Shown: positions 27,360 to 36,280 of the stretch, piece after piece
Position numbering within the stretch: position 1 is the stretch's first letter
Layout of the letters: every line of letters begins with the position of its first letter
Source: Candidatus Poseidoniia archaeon
GTDB lineage: Archaea > Thermoplasmatota > Poseidoniia > MGIII > CG-Epi1
Direction of reading: 5' to 3'
Length of the DNA: 63,674 nt
Assembly (NCBI GenBank): GCA_029936395.1
Contig: JAPYSW010000003.1
Span: forward strand, 1-63,674
Position numbers and translations under genes: made by a program
Notes under the pieces: generated by a model
What the model saw: the letters and a program-made list of their open reading frames with translations, nothing else
Told to the model about the DNA's origin: nothing
The model's database searches: none

Positions 27360-29061
27360 AAACGATATTCCTAGAAACCCAAGACAAGCTCTCGGCCCTT
27401 GTCTTTTTATGATTCTTCTTTTTGTCCTTTGGTATAATTGGAAAAGTCCTGAAACTGTAGCAGGTGCATTGATGGGGCTTGGTTTTGTGGTGCTAACTTG
27501 GTTAGTATACATGGGTGCTTCTTACTCTGGAGAAGGATCTAAATTACACGGACTTAAACCCATAATAGGCCGAATGCCTACCATAAAGAAACCAGATGGT
27601 CACGTCCATTTTAGAACCAAAATGACGTGGACTTTGATTATCTTAATTGTTTATTTTGCAATGACAAATGTAGCAATATATGGTCTTGGAGGAGAAACTA
27701 TTGATCTTTTCAGCCAATATCGAGCAATTCTAGCTGGAGCTAGTGGTAGTTTGATGCATTTGGGTATTGGTCCTATTGTTACTGGCAGTATTATTATGCA
27801 ACTTTTTACAGGTGCAAAAATCATAAATTTAAATTTACAAAGTCCAAAAGATAAGGAGATCTATCAAGGAACTCAGAAAGTTCTAGTTATCGTAATGATT
27901 ATAGTAGAATCTGTACCTCAAGTCTTTGGTTTCCTCGAACCTAGTGCAGCCATCGTTAGCGATGTTGGACTTACTTGGGCCCGTATGACTATTATTACTC
28001 AATTGGCAATCGGATCTTACTTAGTTTTTCTAATGGATGAAAGTGTATCTAAATGGGGTATTGGTTCAGGTATTTCATTATTCATCGCAGCTGGTGTTTC
28101 ACAAGCCATATTCACTGGAACTTTAAACTGGGAGCCTGCACCTGGAAGTCAAACTGATACGCCTTCTGGAACTTTCCCAATGATTTTATGGTATCTTAAA
28201 AATTCATCAACTTCTGAGTTAAGTCGGACTGGATATGAGGCTATGTTGTTGGCACCTCCAAATCCAGTTGTTGCATTACTTGGTACTTTAGTTGTTTTCT
28301 TCATAGTTGTATATGTTGAATCTTCAAGAATTGAATTACCTTTGGCCCATGGAAAAGTAAGAGGAGCTAGGGGAAGATACCCTATCCGCTTAATTTATGC
28401 AAGTAATATTCCTGTTATTTTGATGGCGGCTTTATTGGCAAATGTTAACATGTTTGCACTTCTTTTTTGGTCACACCCAACAATGTCTACGTGGCCTATA
28501 TTTGGCCATAATTGGAGACTTGGGGCTTTTGATACAACGGATGGGAGTAATCCGGTGCCTACGATGGGGCTGGCCTACTATGTCAATCGCCTAGCGGGTC
28601 TGCAAGACTGGTTCCTACCACTTGTAAGCCCGGAAAAATATGGCCAATATATGGGAGGCCATGAGCCATGGCAATTGGTTGCCCACATCATAGTTTATAT
28701 GGGAATTATGGTTTTCGGATCTATTGTATTTGCTAAGTTCTGGATTGAAACGACTAACATGGGGCCTGCTGACGTAGCTAAACAAATACAAGGTTCAGGA
28801 ATGCAAATACCTGGATTCCGTAGAGATCCTCGAATTGTTGAAAAGGTTTTAGAACGTTATATTCCCACAGTAACTGTATTCAGTGGAGCAATGGTAGGAT
28901 TCTTAGCTGCAGGAGCTGATATGATTGGAACTGTAGGGCAATCCTCAGGTACTGGTGTGCTACTTACTGTCGGAATTATGATTAGAATGTATGAACAGAT
29001 TGGAAAAGAACAAATGATGGAAATGCATCCAGTTCTTCGAAGCTTCTTTGGCGAGGAGTAA
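27352..29061 (+). CDS. secY: Preprotein translocase subunit SecY
   Basis: Canonical archaeal SecY begins around KPIIGRMPTIKKPDGHVHFRTKMTWTLIILIVYFAMTNVAIYGL. The longest ORF (ATG 27352, overlapping rpl15 by 8 nt) adds about 53 aa with two hydrophobic segments. ATG 27511 is the alternative start. Confidence 0.9.
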   Translation: MAENDIPRNPRQALGPCLFMILLFVLWYNWKSPETVAGALMGLGFVVLTWLVYMGASYSGEGSKLHGLKPIIGRMPTIKKPDGHVHFRTKMTWTLIILIVYFAMTNVAIYGLGGETIDLFSQYRAILAGASGSLMHLGIGPIVTGSIIMQLFTGAKIINLNLQSPKDKEIYQGTQKVLVIVMIIVESVPQVFGFLEPSAAIVSDVGLTWARMTIITQLAIGSYLVFLMDESVSKWGIGSGISLFIAAGVSQAIFTGTLNWEPAPGSQTDTPSGTFPMILWYLKNSSTSELSRTGYEAMLLAPPNPVVALLGTLVVFFIVVYVESSRIELPLAHGKVRGARGRYPIRLIYASNIPVILMAALLANVNMFALLFWSHPTMSTWPIFGHNWRLGAFDTTDGSNPVPTMGLAYYVNRLAGLQDWFLPLVSPEKYGQYMGGHEPWQLVAHIIVYMGIMVFGSIVFAKFWIETTNMGPADVAKQIQGSGMQIPGFRRDPRIVEKVLERYIPTVTVFSGAMVGFLAAGADMIGTVGQSSGTGVLLTVGIMIRMYEQIGKEQMMEMHPVLRSFFGEE

Positions 29062-29684
29062 TGCCAATTTTCGGTAATTCTAAAATCGGTAATTCCTGTT
29101 TTATTGATTCTGATGCATTAATTGGTTATCCTCATAATGCCGAATTAGATTTCTTGAAAACTAATCCTGAGAATATAACGGGATGTGAAATTGGAGATAA
29201 TTCCAAGATTCGGCCTGGGTCAATTTACTCAACTGCAAAAGTTGGAAATAATACTAGAACGGGGCATAATTTTCTAATTAGGGAAAATACAGTCATTGGT
29301 AATAACTGTTTAATTGGTACTAACGTTGTTATTGATAATAACTGCTTGATTGGAGATAATTGCAGTTTTCAAACAGGAGCCTATATTCCAACTGGAAGTG
29401 AAATTGGAGATCGTGTCTTTTTGGGACCAAATGCTACACTTACAAATGATAAGACTCCGCTTAGAACTGAATACTTATTAGAAAAAATAACTATTGAAGA
29501 TGATGTTACTGTGGGGGCAAATGCAACCATAATGCCCGGAATAACTCTTGGTCAAGGTTCATTTGTAGCTGGAGGTTCTGTTGTAACAAAGGATATTCCG
29601 GCTTGGCATCTAGCTAAAGGATGTCCTGCGATATTTGTAGAATTACCAGAAAGCCTAAAAAAACCCAATCGATTAGGCAAATAG
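29061..29684 (+). CDS. Left-handed beta-helix (hexapeptide-repeat) acyl/acetyltransferase
   Basis: Imperfect hexapeptide repeats run throughout (IGNNCLIGTNVVIDNNCLIGDNCSFQTGAYI..., VGANATIMPGITLGQGSFVAGGSVV). TAATG overlap with the secY stop. Confidence 0.8.
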   Translation: MPIFGNSKIGNSCFIDSDALIGYPHNAELDFLKTNPENITGCEIGDNSKIRPGSIYSTAKVGNNTRTGHNFLIRENTVIGNNCLIGTNVVIDNNCLIGDNCSFQTGAYIPTGSEIGDRVFLGPNATLTNDKTPLRTEYLLEKITIEDDVTVGANATIMPGITLGQGSFVAGGSVVTKDIPAWHLAKGCPAIFVELPESLKKPNRLGK

Positions 29685-29686
29685 AG

Positions 29687-30223
29687 ATGGGAGTTGTAAT
29701 AGTTACAGGAGTGCCTGGCGTGGGTAAGAGTACCGTTATGAAGGCAGCCCAAGATTATGGATATAAAATTGTGAATTTTGGTAGTACTATGTTTGAAGAA
29801 GCACAAAAAGAGGGCGTAAAGAATCGAGATGATATGAGAAAATTACCTATTGAAAAACAACAATCTTTACAAAGACAAGCTGGAGAGAGAATCGCTCTAA
29901 TGGGGGATGTTGTGGTAGATACACATGCTTCTATCCTTACTCCTTCCGGATACTTGCCTGGCTTACCTGAATGGACTATTGGAGCTCTAAAGCCAAGTAT
30001 TATTGTTTTAGTAGAAGCTACAGCGCAGGAAATTACAGGAAGAAGATCTAAAGATCCATCTAGAATAAGAGATGCTGATGATATTGATATGCATCAAAAA
30101 GTAAATCGTGATTATGCAAAGACGGCAGCTTCTATTGTGGGAGCTACTGTTTCTATAGTTGAAAATCATGACAACAAAGTTGAGATTGCCGTGGAACAAT
30201 TTAGGAAGGTTTTGGGTAAGTGA
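29687..30223 (+). CDS. adkA: Archaeal-type adenylate kinase
   Basis: MGVVIVTGVPGVGKSTV contains the P-loop. The track ORF starts at 29621, inside the upstream gene; ATG 29687 follows its stop by 2 nt. The position after secY is canonical. Confidence 0.85.
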   Translation: MGVVIVTGVPGVGKSTVMKAAQDYGYKIVNFGSTMFEEAQKEGVKNRDDMRKLPIEKQQSLQRQAGERIALMGDVVVDTHASILTPSGYLPGLPEWTIGALKPSIIVLVEATAQEITGRRSKDPSRIRDADDIDMHQKVNRDYAKTAASIVGATVSIVENHDNKVEIAVEQFRKVLGK

Positions 30224-30882
30224 GTGAAGAAAATAATTCCGAAGAAGAAGTACAGCCTCCAGCTATGGGGGGCATGTTACTCACAATGATTTTCATGATT
30301 TATATTTTAATAAATCCTGAAATGAGAGTTGGAATGGGTAATTTTGCCGCAAACATTCTAGAACCTCAGATAGGTTTTGAACATAAATATCCTGTGCTAA
30401 CATTTCTATTTGCTGGAGTTTTAATGATTTCTTTGACAACAATTATTCGACACATACTAATTGACTGGGAGAAAGTAGCTGAAATTCAAACTAAAATGGC
30501 TGCCTATAACAAAGAGATGAGTGAAGCTCGTCGCAGTGGGAATAATGCTCGTTTGAATAAATTAATGACTATGCAACCTCAAGTAATGGTTCTTCAAAGT
30601 GAAATGATGTCTAATCAAATGCGCCCTATGATGTTTACTATGCTGATAGCTATGCCAATTATATTCTGGTTATGTTTTGGGGAAAATAATTTTGTTGATA
30701 GAATGGATCTAAAAGTTATGTCCTTACCGTGGGAACCTAATTACAGTTTAACGGACAGATTATGGATTCTTCCACATTCCATCCTAGTTTATTCAGCTCT
30801 TTCATTGCCTTTTGGACAGATTTTAATGAGGGTGCTAAAGTTATCTTCTCTTAGAAAATCAGAAAAAGTGAAACAAGTTTAA
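30220..30882 (+). CDS. DUF106/EMC3-like membrane protein (archaeal YidC/Oxa1-like insertase candidate)
   Basis: Three TM segments plus a coiled segment KMAAYNKEMSEARRSGNNARLNKLMTMQPQVMVLQSEMMSNQMRPMMFTMLIAMPIIFWL. This is the conserved gene after adk in archaeal operons. Confidence 0.65.
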   Translation: MSEENNSEEEVQPPAMGGMLLTMIFMIYILINPEMRVGMGNFAANILEPQIGFEHKYPVLTFLFAGVLMISLTTIIRHILIDWEKVAEIQTKMAAYNKEMSEARRSGNNARLNKLMTMQPQVMVLQSEMMSNQMRPMMFTMLIAMPIIFWLCFGENNFVDRMDLKVMSLPWEPNYSLTDRLWILPHSILVYSALSLPFGQILMRVLKLSSLRKSEKVKQV

Positions 30883-31407
30883 TCTTTCAAAAAAATATTT
30901 TTCTTGCTTAACAATTTTTCTTTGCCAATCCACTTCAAATTCTTTCATTCGACTTGATAATATCATATATATGGATCCATTGGGATTTAGATACTTTTTA
31001 GCTTGAGTAAGAAGATTTATTGTAAATTCAGAACCAGTAGGCCCTCCTTCTACTGCTAATGCTAATTCAGGATCACTATATTCGTCTGTAGGTGGAAGAT
31101 ATGGAGGGTTGGAAACGATTATGTCAAATTTCCGATTTTTAACCGGATTAAACAAATCCCCTTCTAAAACTTCAATATTTACATTATTATTTTTAGCATT
31201 AAATATAGTAGCTTGAATAGCTTTTGGATTCAAATCTATTGCTGTGACTTGGTGGCCTCTTTGAGCTAAATGAATCGAAATAATGCCAGTGCCACAGCCA
31301 ATTTCTAAGACATTTCCTTCGAATTTAGGAATATGTCTTGAGATTAACCAAGAATCTTCGGCTGGCTCATAAACGCCTTCAAAATTAGTGATGACTACCT
31401 CTTCCAC
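30859..31407 (-). CDS. HemK/PrmC-like SAM-dependent methyltransferase (NPPY class)
   Basis: VLEIGCGTGIISIHLA (motif I) and IVSNPPYLP (NPPY). Its 3' end overlaps the convergent DUF106 gene by 24 nt. Confidence 0.75.
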   Translation of the reverse strand: MEEVVITNFEGVYEPAEDSWLISRHIPKFEGNVLEIGCGTGIISIHLAQRGHQVTAIDLNPKAIQATIFNAKNNNVNIEVLEGDLFNPVKNRKFDIIVSNPPYLPPTDEYSDPELALAVEGGPTGSEFTINLLTQAKKYLNPNGSIYMILSSRMKEFEVDWQRKIVKQEKYFFERLNLFHFF

Positions 31408-31458
31408 AAAAGACCAAAGGAAAGGTTATATAACCCTATATCTAAACATATATAACTT

Positions 31459-32229
31459 ATGGTTTGGAAGAAAGGTCAGAAACCTGAGCAATACTTGTTC
31501 ACAATTACTGAAGAATTTGCAAACGATTGGAATATTTTAAAACAAAGAGCTAAGAAGAACAAACAAAATATTAGCAAAGCTTTGAGGAATACAGTTCATT
31601 CCAAAAATGAAGAATCGCGTAAGAAAAAAGCCCTTATTCTAAGCCCTCACACTGATGATGCCGAATTAGGATGTGGAGGCACTATTGCTAAAATGGTAGA
31701 AGAAGGATGGGATGTTCACATTATTTATTTTAGTGCGGTCGCTGAAAGATATCCAAACCTTGTTGAAGAAGCTGCCAAATCAAGTGAGATAATGGGAGTA
31801 ACGCACGAAATTCTAGATTTTTACACTCGTTTCTTTCCCAGAGATCGTCAAGATATCTTGCAAGCTCTTTACGATCATTCAAAATCTGTCCAATATGATG
31901 TTGTTTTTACACCAACAACTACAGACATTCATCAGGATCATGGTGTTGTAACTGAAGAAGCTAAAAGAGCTTTCAGAAATTGCACACTTCTAGGTTATGA
32001 ATTGCCATGGAACAATTTAACCGTGTCTCTGAATTGCTTTATTCCACTTAAAGAACGACATGTCAAAAAGAAGATTTTAGCATTGGACTGCTATGAGAGT
32101 CAAAAGCACAACCCCTATTTTAATGAGAAGTTCTTTAGGTCCGTTGTTAAGATGAGAGGAATACAACTAGCAAGTGATTTTGCTGAAGGGTTTGAAACAA
32201 TTAAAGTGAGGTTAGATCAAATCATATGA
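31459..32229 (+). CDS. PIG-L/LmbE-family N-acetylglucosaminyl deacetylase
   Basis: ALILSPHTDDAELGCGGTIAKM (P-H-x-D-D motif) and a later DIHQDHGV. Basic N-terminal extension of about 60 aa. Confidence 0.75.
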   Translation: MVWKKGQKPEQYLFTITEEFANDWNILKQRAKKNKQNISKALRNTVHSKNEESRKKKALILSPHTDDAELGCGGTIAKMVEEGWDVHIIYFSAVAERYPNLVEEAAKSSEIMGVTHEILDFYTRFFPRDRQDILQALYDHSKSVQYDVVFTPTTTDIHQDHGVVTEEAKRAFRNCTLLGYELPWNNLTVSLNCFIPLKERHVKKKILALDCYESQKHNPYFNEKFFRSVVKMRGIQLASDFAEGFETIKVRLDQII

Positions 32230-33377
32230 AACGCATAGCAATGATTCTGGGACATGACCTTCTGATACCAAATGAAGATACTCGTGTCTATCGTGAGGCG
32301 ACGAGTCTTGTAAATTTTGGATTTGAAGTTACTGTATTTTGCTGGGCTCGCCGTATGGATAAATATGAAACAAAATGGGAAGATGAAAGGAATGGAATTA
32401 AGGTTGTTAGAATATTCGAAAATTTAGAAGGCGGGTTTTTATCAAAAGTGAGAAGCTTTAAAAGAGCTATGAAACAACTCGAAGTCAAAATCGAAGAGTA
32501 TAAACCAGACATTATCCACGCTCATGACTTAGAAGTATTAGATGTAGCAGTAAACGTGAAAAGAATTACAAATGCAAAAGTTATCTTTGATTCTCATGAA
32601 GATTGGCCAAATATGGAAATTGTACAAAATTGGCTCATTGGTAAATATTATGAAAGAAAACAAAGAAAACTAATTGGTGAGGTAGACGCTGTTTTAACCG
32701 TCTCAGATGAATTGGCTATAAGATTGGGTGGAGGTACCGTCCTATACAATTCAGAGCCGTTAGAAGTGGTTCAACAGCCAGTAGAAAACCATAGGTTTGG
32801 TTTAGATGGAATTATAGCCGGATATATTGGGGGACTAAGAAAGCCCATCTTAGAAGAAATTATAGATTCTGCATCTAAAGTTAATGCCCTTAGCTTACTG
32901 ATTGTTGGAGGGCCACCTAAAGGAAGAGGAGGGTACAATGAAATGATTGAAGAATTAGAAAAAGTAGCTGAAGAGAAAGGTGCAAATGCAAAATTCACTG
33001 GGCCTCTTCCATATAGTATGATGAATGAGTGTTATGCAGCTTGTGATATCCTTATTGTTGGACATTATGTTGATAGAAGATTAAGAGATTATGCACTTCC
33101 TAAAAAATTATTAGACGCAATGGGATACAAGGTACCTGCTATTGTTGGACCTTATGATGCGAGAAGAAAGATTGTTGAAAGATATAATTGTGGGTTGGTA
33201 TCTGAAGAATGGACTGATACACTTACAACGCTCTCAAATGATAAGGGTCTTAGAAAGAAAATGGGTGAAAATGGATTCAAAGCTTTCAAAATGAATTATG
33301 CATGGGAATTGCAAGAAAAAAAGTTACTAAAAGTCTACAAAAACTTGTTAGAAGGCGAGGCTGGTGACGAAACATGA
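32226..33377 (+). CDS. GT4-family (GT-B, retaining) glycosyltransferase
   Basis: 383 aa with a two-Rossmann layout: an N-terminal domain with HAHDLE and a C-terminal LLIVGGPPKG...ALPKKLLDAMGYKVPAIV. ATGA overlap with the PIG-L gene. Confidence 0.7.
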   Translation: MKRIAMILGHDLLIPNEDTRVYREATSLVNFGFEVTVFCWARRMDKYETKWEDERNGIKVVRIFENLEGGFLSKVRSFKRAMKQLEVKIEEYKPDIIHAHDLEVLDVAVNVKRITNAKVIFDSHEDWPNMEIVQNWLIGKYYERKQRKLIGEVDAVLTVSDELAIRLGGGTVLYNSEPLEVVQQPVENHRFGLDGIIAGYIGGLRKPILEEIIDSASKVNALSLLIVGGPPKGRGGYNEMIEELEKVAEEKGANAKFTGPLPYSMMNECYAACDILIVGHYVDRRLRDYALPKKLLDAMGYKVPAIVGPYDARRKIVERYNCGLVSEEWTDTLTTLSNDKGLRKKMGENGFKAFKMNYAWELQEKKLLKVYKNLLEGEAGDET

Positions 33378-34384
33378 GAATTCTACTAACTGGAGTTGGA
33401 TGTCCGGGCGCACATGCACTTATTACAAATCTTAAAAAACAAGAACCTGACATGTTTATTCTAGGCACAAATGCTACTGAACAGGCTATTGGAAAATGGA
33501 TTTGTGATGATTTTGCAATAGTTCCCTGGGCCTATGAAAAAGGATATGTGGATTCGATTATAGATCTTGTTAAGCAACACAATATTGATATTGTATTTCC
33601 CCAAACTTCATGGGAAATGTTTCATCTATCAAAAGCATCTGCAACTATAGAAAAACATTGTAAACTTCTGGCATCTAAACATGAATTTGTCAATATTTGT
33701 GAAAATAAATTTTTGATGTATGAACATTTTAAAGAAAAAATAGAAGTCCCGGAATATTATCTAGTTCAGACATTTGAAGAATTGGAAAATGCTGCTTTAA
33801 CACTTGGATATCCTGACAAAGATATTGTATTCAAACCACCTGAAGGAAAAGGTGCAAGAGGAGTAAGGGTGATGACTGAAAAATCAGATAGATATGATTT
33901 ATTATTCAATGGCCGCCCTTTTGCTAAATTTATATCCATGGATGAATTAAAAAATACTGTCTCTGGAAAAGAAATCCCAGAATTAATGATAATGGAATAT
34001 TTAGAAGGTGAAGAACTCAAAATAGACCCAGTAGTCAAAAAAGGTGAAATGTTAGTTTGTTCAGTTAAGCTTAGAATGAATTTTGCATCGGGGCTCGGAA
34101 TGAATTACGAATTTGTTGATGATAAAAAAGCTATTGAATATGCTGAAAAAGTAATGAAATATTTACCTATGGATTATTGTGTTGATATCAGTACTCGAGG
34201 AGGAGTACTAATGGAGATAAACCCTAGAATTTCTACCTATATTTATTCGGATAATTATTGCCCTCCTTATCTTTCATTAAAACTAGCCATGGATGAAATG
34301 GGAAAAGATGAAATTCAAAAATATCAAAATAATATTCCTATCGGAAAAAGATTATTTCGTTATTACGGACAAGTTGATTACTAA
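33374..34384 (+). CDS. ATP-grasp fold carboxylate-amine ligase
   Basis: MRILLTGVG pre-ATP-grasp Rossmann start, then LGYPDKDIVFKPPEGKGARGVRV, LMIMEYLEGEE and GVLMEINPR. ATGA overlap with the GT4 gene. Confidence 0.65.
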   Translation: MRILLTGVGCPGAHALITNLKKQEPDMFILGTNATEQAIGKWICDDFAIVPWAYEKGYVDSIIDLVKQHNIDIVFPQTSWEMFHLSKASATIEKHCKLLASKHEFVNICENKFLMYEHFKEKIEVPEYYLVQTFEELENAALTLGYPDKDIVFKPPEGKGARGVRVMTEKSDRYDLLFNGRPFAKFISMDELKNTVSGKEIPELMIMEYLEGEELKIDPVVKKGEMLVCSVKLRMNFASGLGMNYEFVDDKKAIEYAEKVMKYLPMDYCVDISTRGGVLMEINPRISTYIYSDNYCPPYLSLKLAMDEMGKDEIQKYQNNIPIGKRLFRYYGQVDY

Positions 34385-34386
34385 AA

Positions 34387-36255
34387 CTATCTAGCCCAAA
34401 AAGGTTGGTCTTTTCTCTTGATTTTCTGCATTTCTGTAATTATATCTTCTTCAATAAAACTCAATTTCACACCAGCTTCACGGATTTTCAAAATGGCGCG
34501 TTCATCCATTTCGATATACAAGGCATCGCCTTCTGATATTTGTCTACCTACTGTTACATTATTAATTGCAACTGCAACTTCATCTCCTTGAATTGCTTCT
34601 TTAAGAACTTGATCTCCCGATCTTAATGATTTAATATGGCCAACTACTACATTATCATTACGCAAGACTCCTTGATTTAATGCAATTCGCCCACCCAGAA
34701 CTCTTACTCCAACAACGGCTGGATCTCGGGTCCTGAAAGTATGACCTTCCAATATTTCAAACTTACCAGGGTGGGCAAAATCGTCCCTCAAATGTTGAGC
34801 TTGTTTGTCTTTAATCTTTTCTTTCCATTCTTGGTAATCTTCTAAAAGTCTGTAAACAATATCTGATTCGAATAATGTTACTCCTGTCTCATATAACTCA
34901 TTCTTTGCATCAGGATGTACCTTAACATTGAAAGCTAAAATTGATCTGTATTCTTCATCTGAAGGATCTGCAGTTACAACATCCCTTCGTGATACATCAC
35001 CCACTGAAGCTTTCACAATCGGGACTCCTGCAGCAGATAGTTCATAGGCTAAAGCTTCTAACGAACCAATTGCATCTGCTCTAATTACTACACCTTCATC
35101 TGTACACTTTACATTTAATTTCATTGAATCAGTAAGCTTGTCTAAAGCTTCATCTATTTCTTCATCGGTTTCTGCACTGTAAAATGGAGCTCCAGCAACA
35201 ACTCCTTCAATATTAGGTGCTACAACTTTCAACCCAGCTGCCGCACAAACAACTTTTACATTATCAAATTGCTGCCTCGGATCTCTTATCTCGTCCAGAG
35301 GTTTGGGTTGGAGCAAACTTCGTACTCTTGTAACTATTGATTCGGGCTGTGCCCCAATTATCAACGTATCTGATGATTTTAAAATTCCATTATAAATTAT
35401 AACGCCTAATGTTTTGCCTAGCCCCTTTTCTTCTTTGATTTCGATGACAGTCCCTTCTGAAGAACCATTATTCAATAATAATTTACCTCGTAGATATCTT
35501 TGTGCAAGACCCATAAGAATCATGAATAATTCTGGAACGCCCTCTCCAGTTTCTTTGACAGATGTTGGAACTAAGGCAATTGTTTTTTGAAAATCTTCTA
35601 TTTCTGAGAAAAGAGCTGAATCGAATCCGTAAGAACCAAGAGCACCTATAATTTCATACATTCTATTTTGAAAAGTCTGTTTTGCTGTTGAACTTTGATT
35701 TGCATTGTTGGCTAAGAATGAGCCTGTCTGTGTACGCCATCCTGGTAATTTATCTACTTTGTTTAGTGCTAAAATAAAAGGTGTTTGTTGTTGTTTCAAA
35801 ATGTTTATAGATTCTATAGTTTGTGGTTTGAAACCTTCGGTTATATCTACTACCAATATTGCTAAATCTGCTAAAGCTCCACCTCTTGATCGTAATGTTG
35901 TAAAAGAATGATGGCCTGGTGTATCTATGAAAAGTAAACCAGGTAATGTTGTTGTTCCTCTCTTTAATAAAGGACCGCAAATCTTAGAAACAGTATCATA
36001 AGGAACTTCGGTTGCCCCTATATGTTGTGTTATAGAACCTGCCTCTCGTTTTACGACAGTTGTACCTCTTATATAATCAAGAAGTGAGGTTTTTCCATGA
36101 TCTACATGTCCTAATACGGCAACAATTGGTTGACGTAATGGCGCATCTGGATCAATCTCATTACCTTCTATTTCTTCAGATTCCTCGTCGTCAGATTCCG
36201 CTTCCAGCAAATCATCAAATTCTTCTTCATCTAAAGTCATAGATATTATATGCAA
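34387..36255 (-). CDS. infB: Translation initiation factor aIF5B (IF2 homolog)
   Basis: G1 GHVDHGKTSLLD, G3 DTPGH, G4 NKVD. 622 aa with an acidic N-terminus. Confidence 0.9.
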   Translation of the reverse strand: MHIISMTLDEEEFDDLLEAESDDEESEEIEGNEIDPDAPLRQPIVAVLGHVDHGKTSLLDYIRGTTVVKREAGSITQHIGATEVPYDTVSKICGPLLKRGTTTLPGLLFIDTPGHHSFTTLRSRGGALADLAILVVDITEGFKPQTIESINILKQQQTPFILALNKVDKLPGWRTQTGSFLANNANQSSTAKQTFQNRMYEIIGALGSYGFDSALFSEIEDFQKTIALVPTSVKETGEGVPELFMILMGLAQRYLRGKLLLNNGSSEGTVIEIKEEKGLGKTLGVIIYNGILKSSDTLIIGAQPESIVTRVRSLLQPKPLDEIRDPRQQFDNVKVVCAAAGLKVVAPNIEGVVAGAPFYSAETDEEIDEALDKLTDSMKLNVKCTDEGVVIRADAIGSLEALAYELSAAGVPIVKASVGDVSRRDVVTADPSDEEYRSILAFNVKVHPDAKNELYETGVTLFESDIVYRLLEDYQEWKEKIKDKQAQHLRDDFAHPGKFEILEGHTFRTRDPAVVGVRVLGGRIALNQGVLRNDNVVVGHIKSLRSGDQVLKEAIQGDEVAVAINNVTVGRQISEGDALYIEMDERAILKIREAGVKLSFIEEDIITEMQKIKRKDQPFWAR

Positions 36256-36280
36256 ATTGGCCAGTTTTAAAAGTGTCCGG

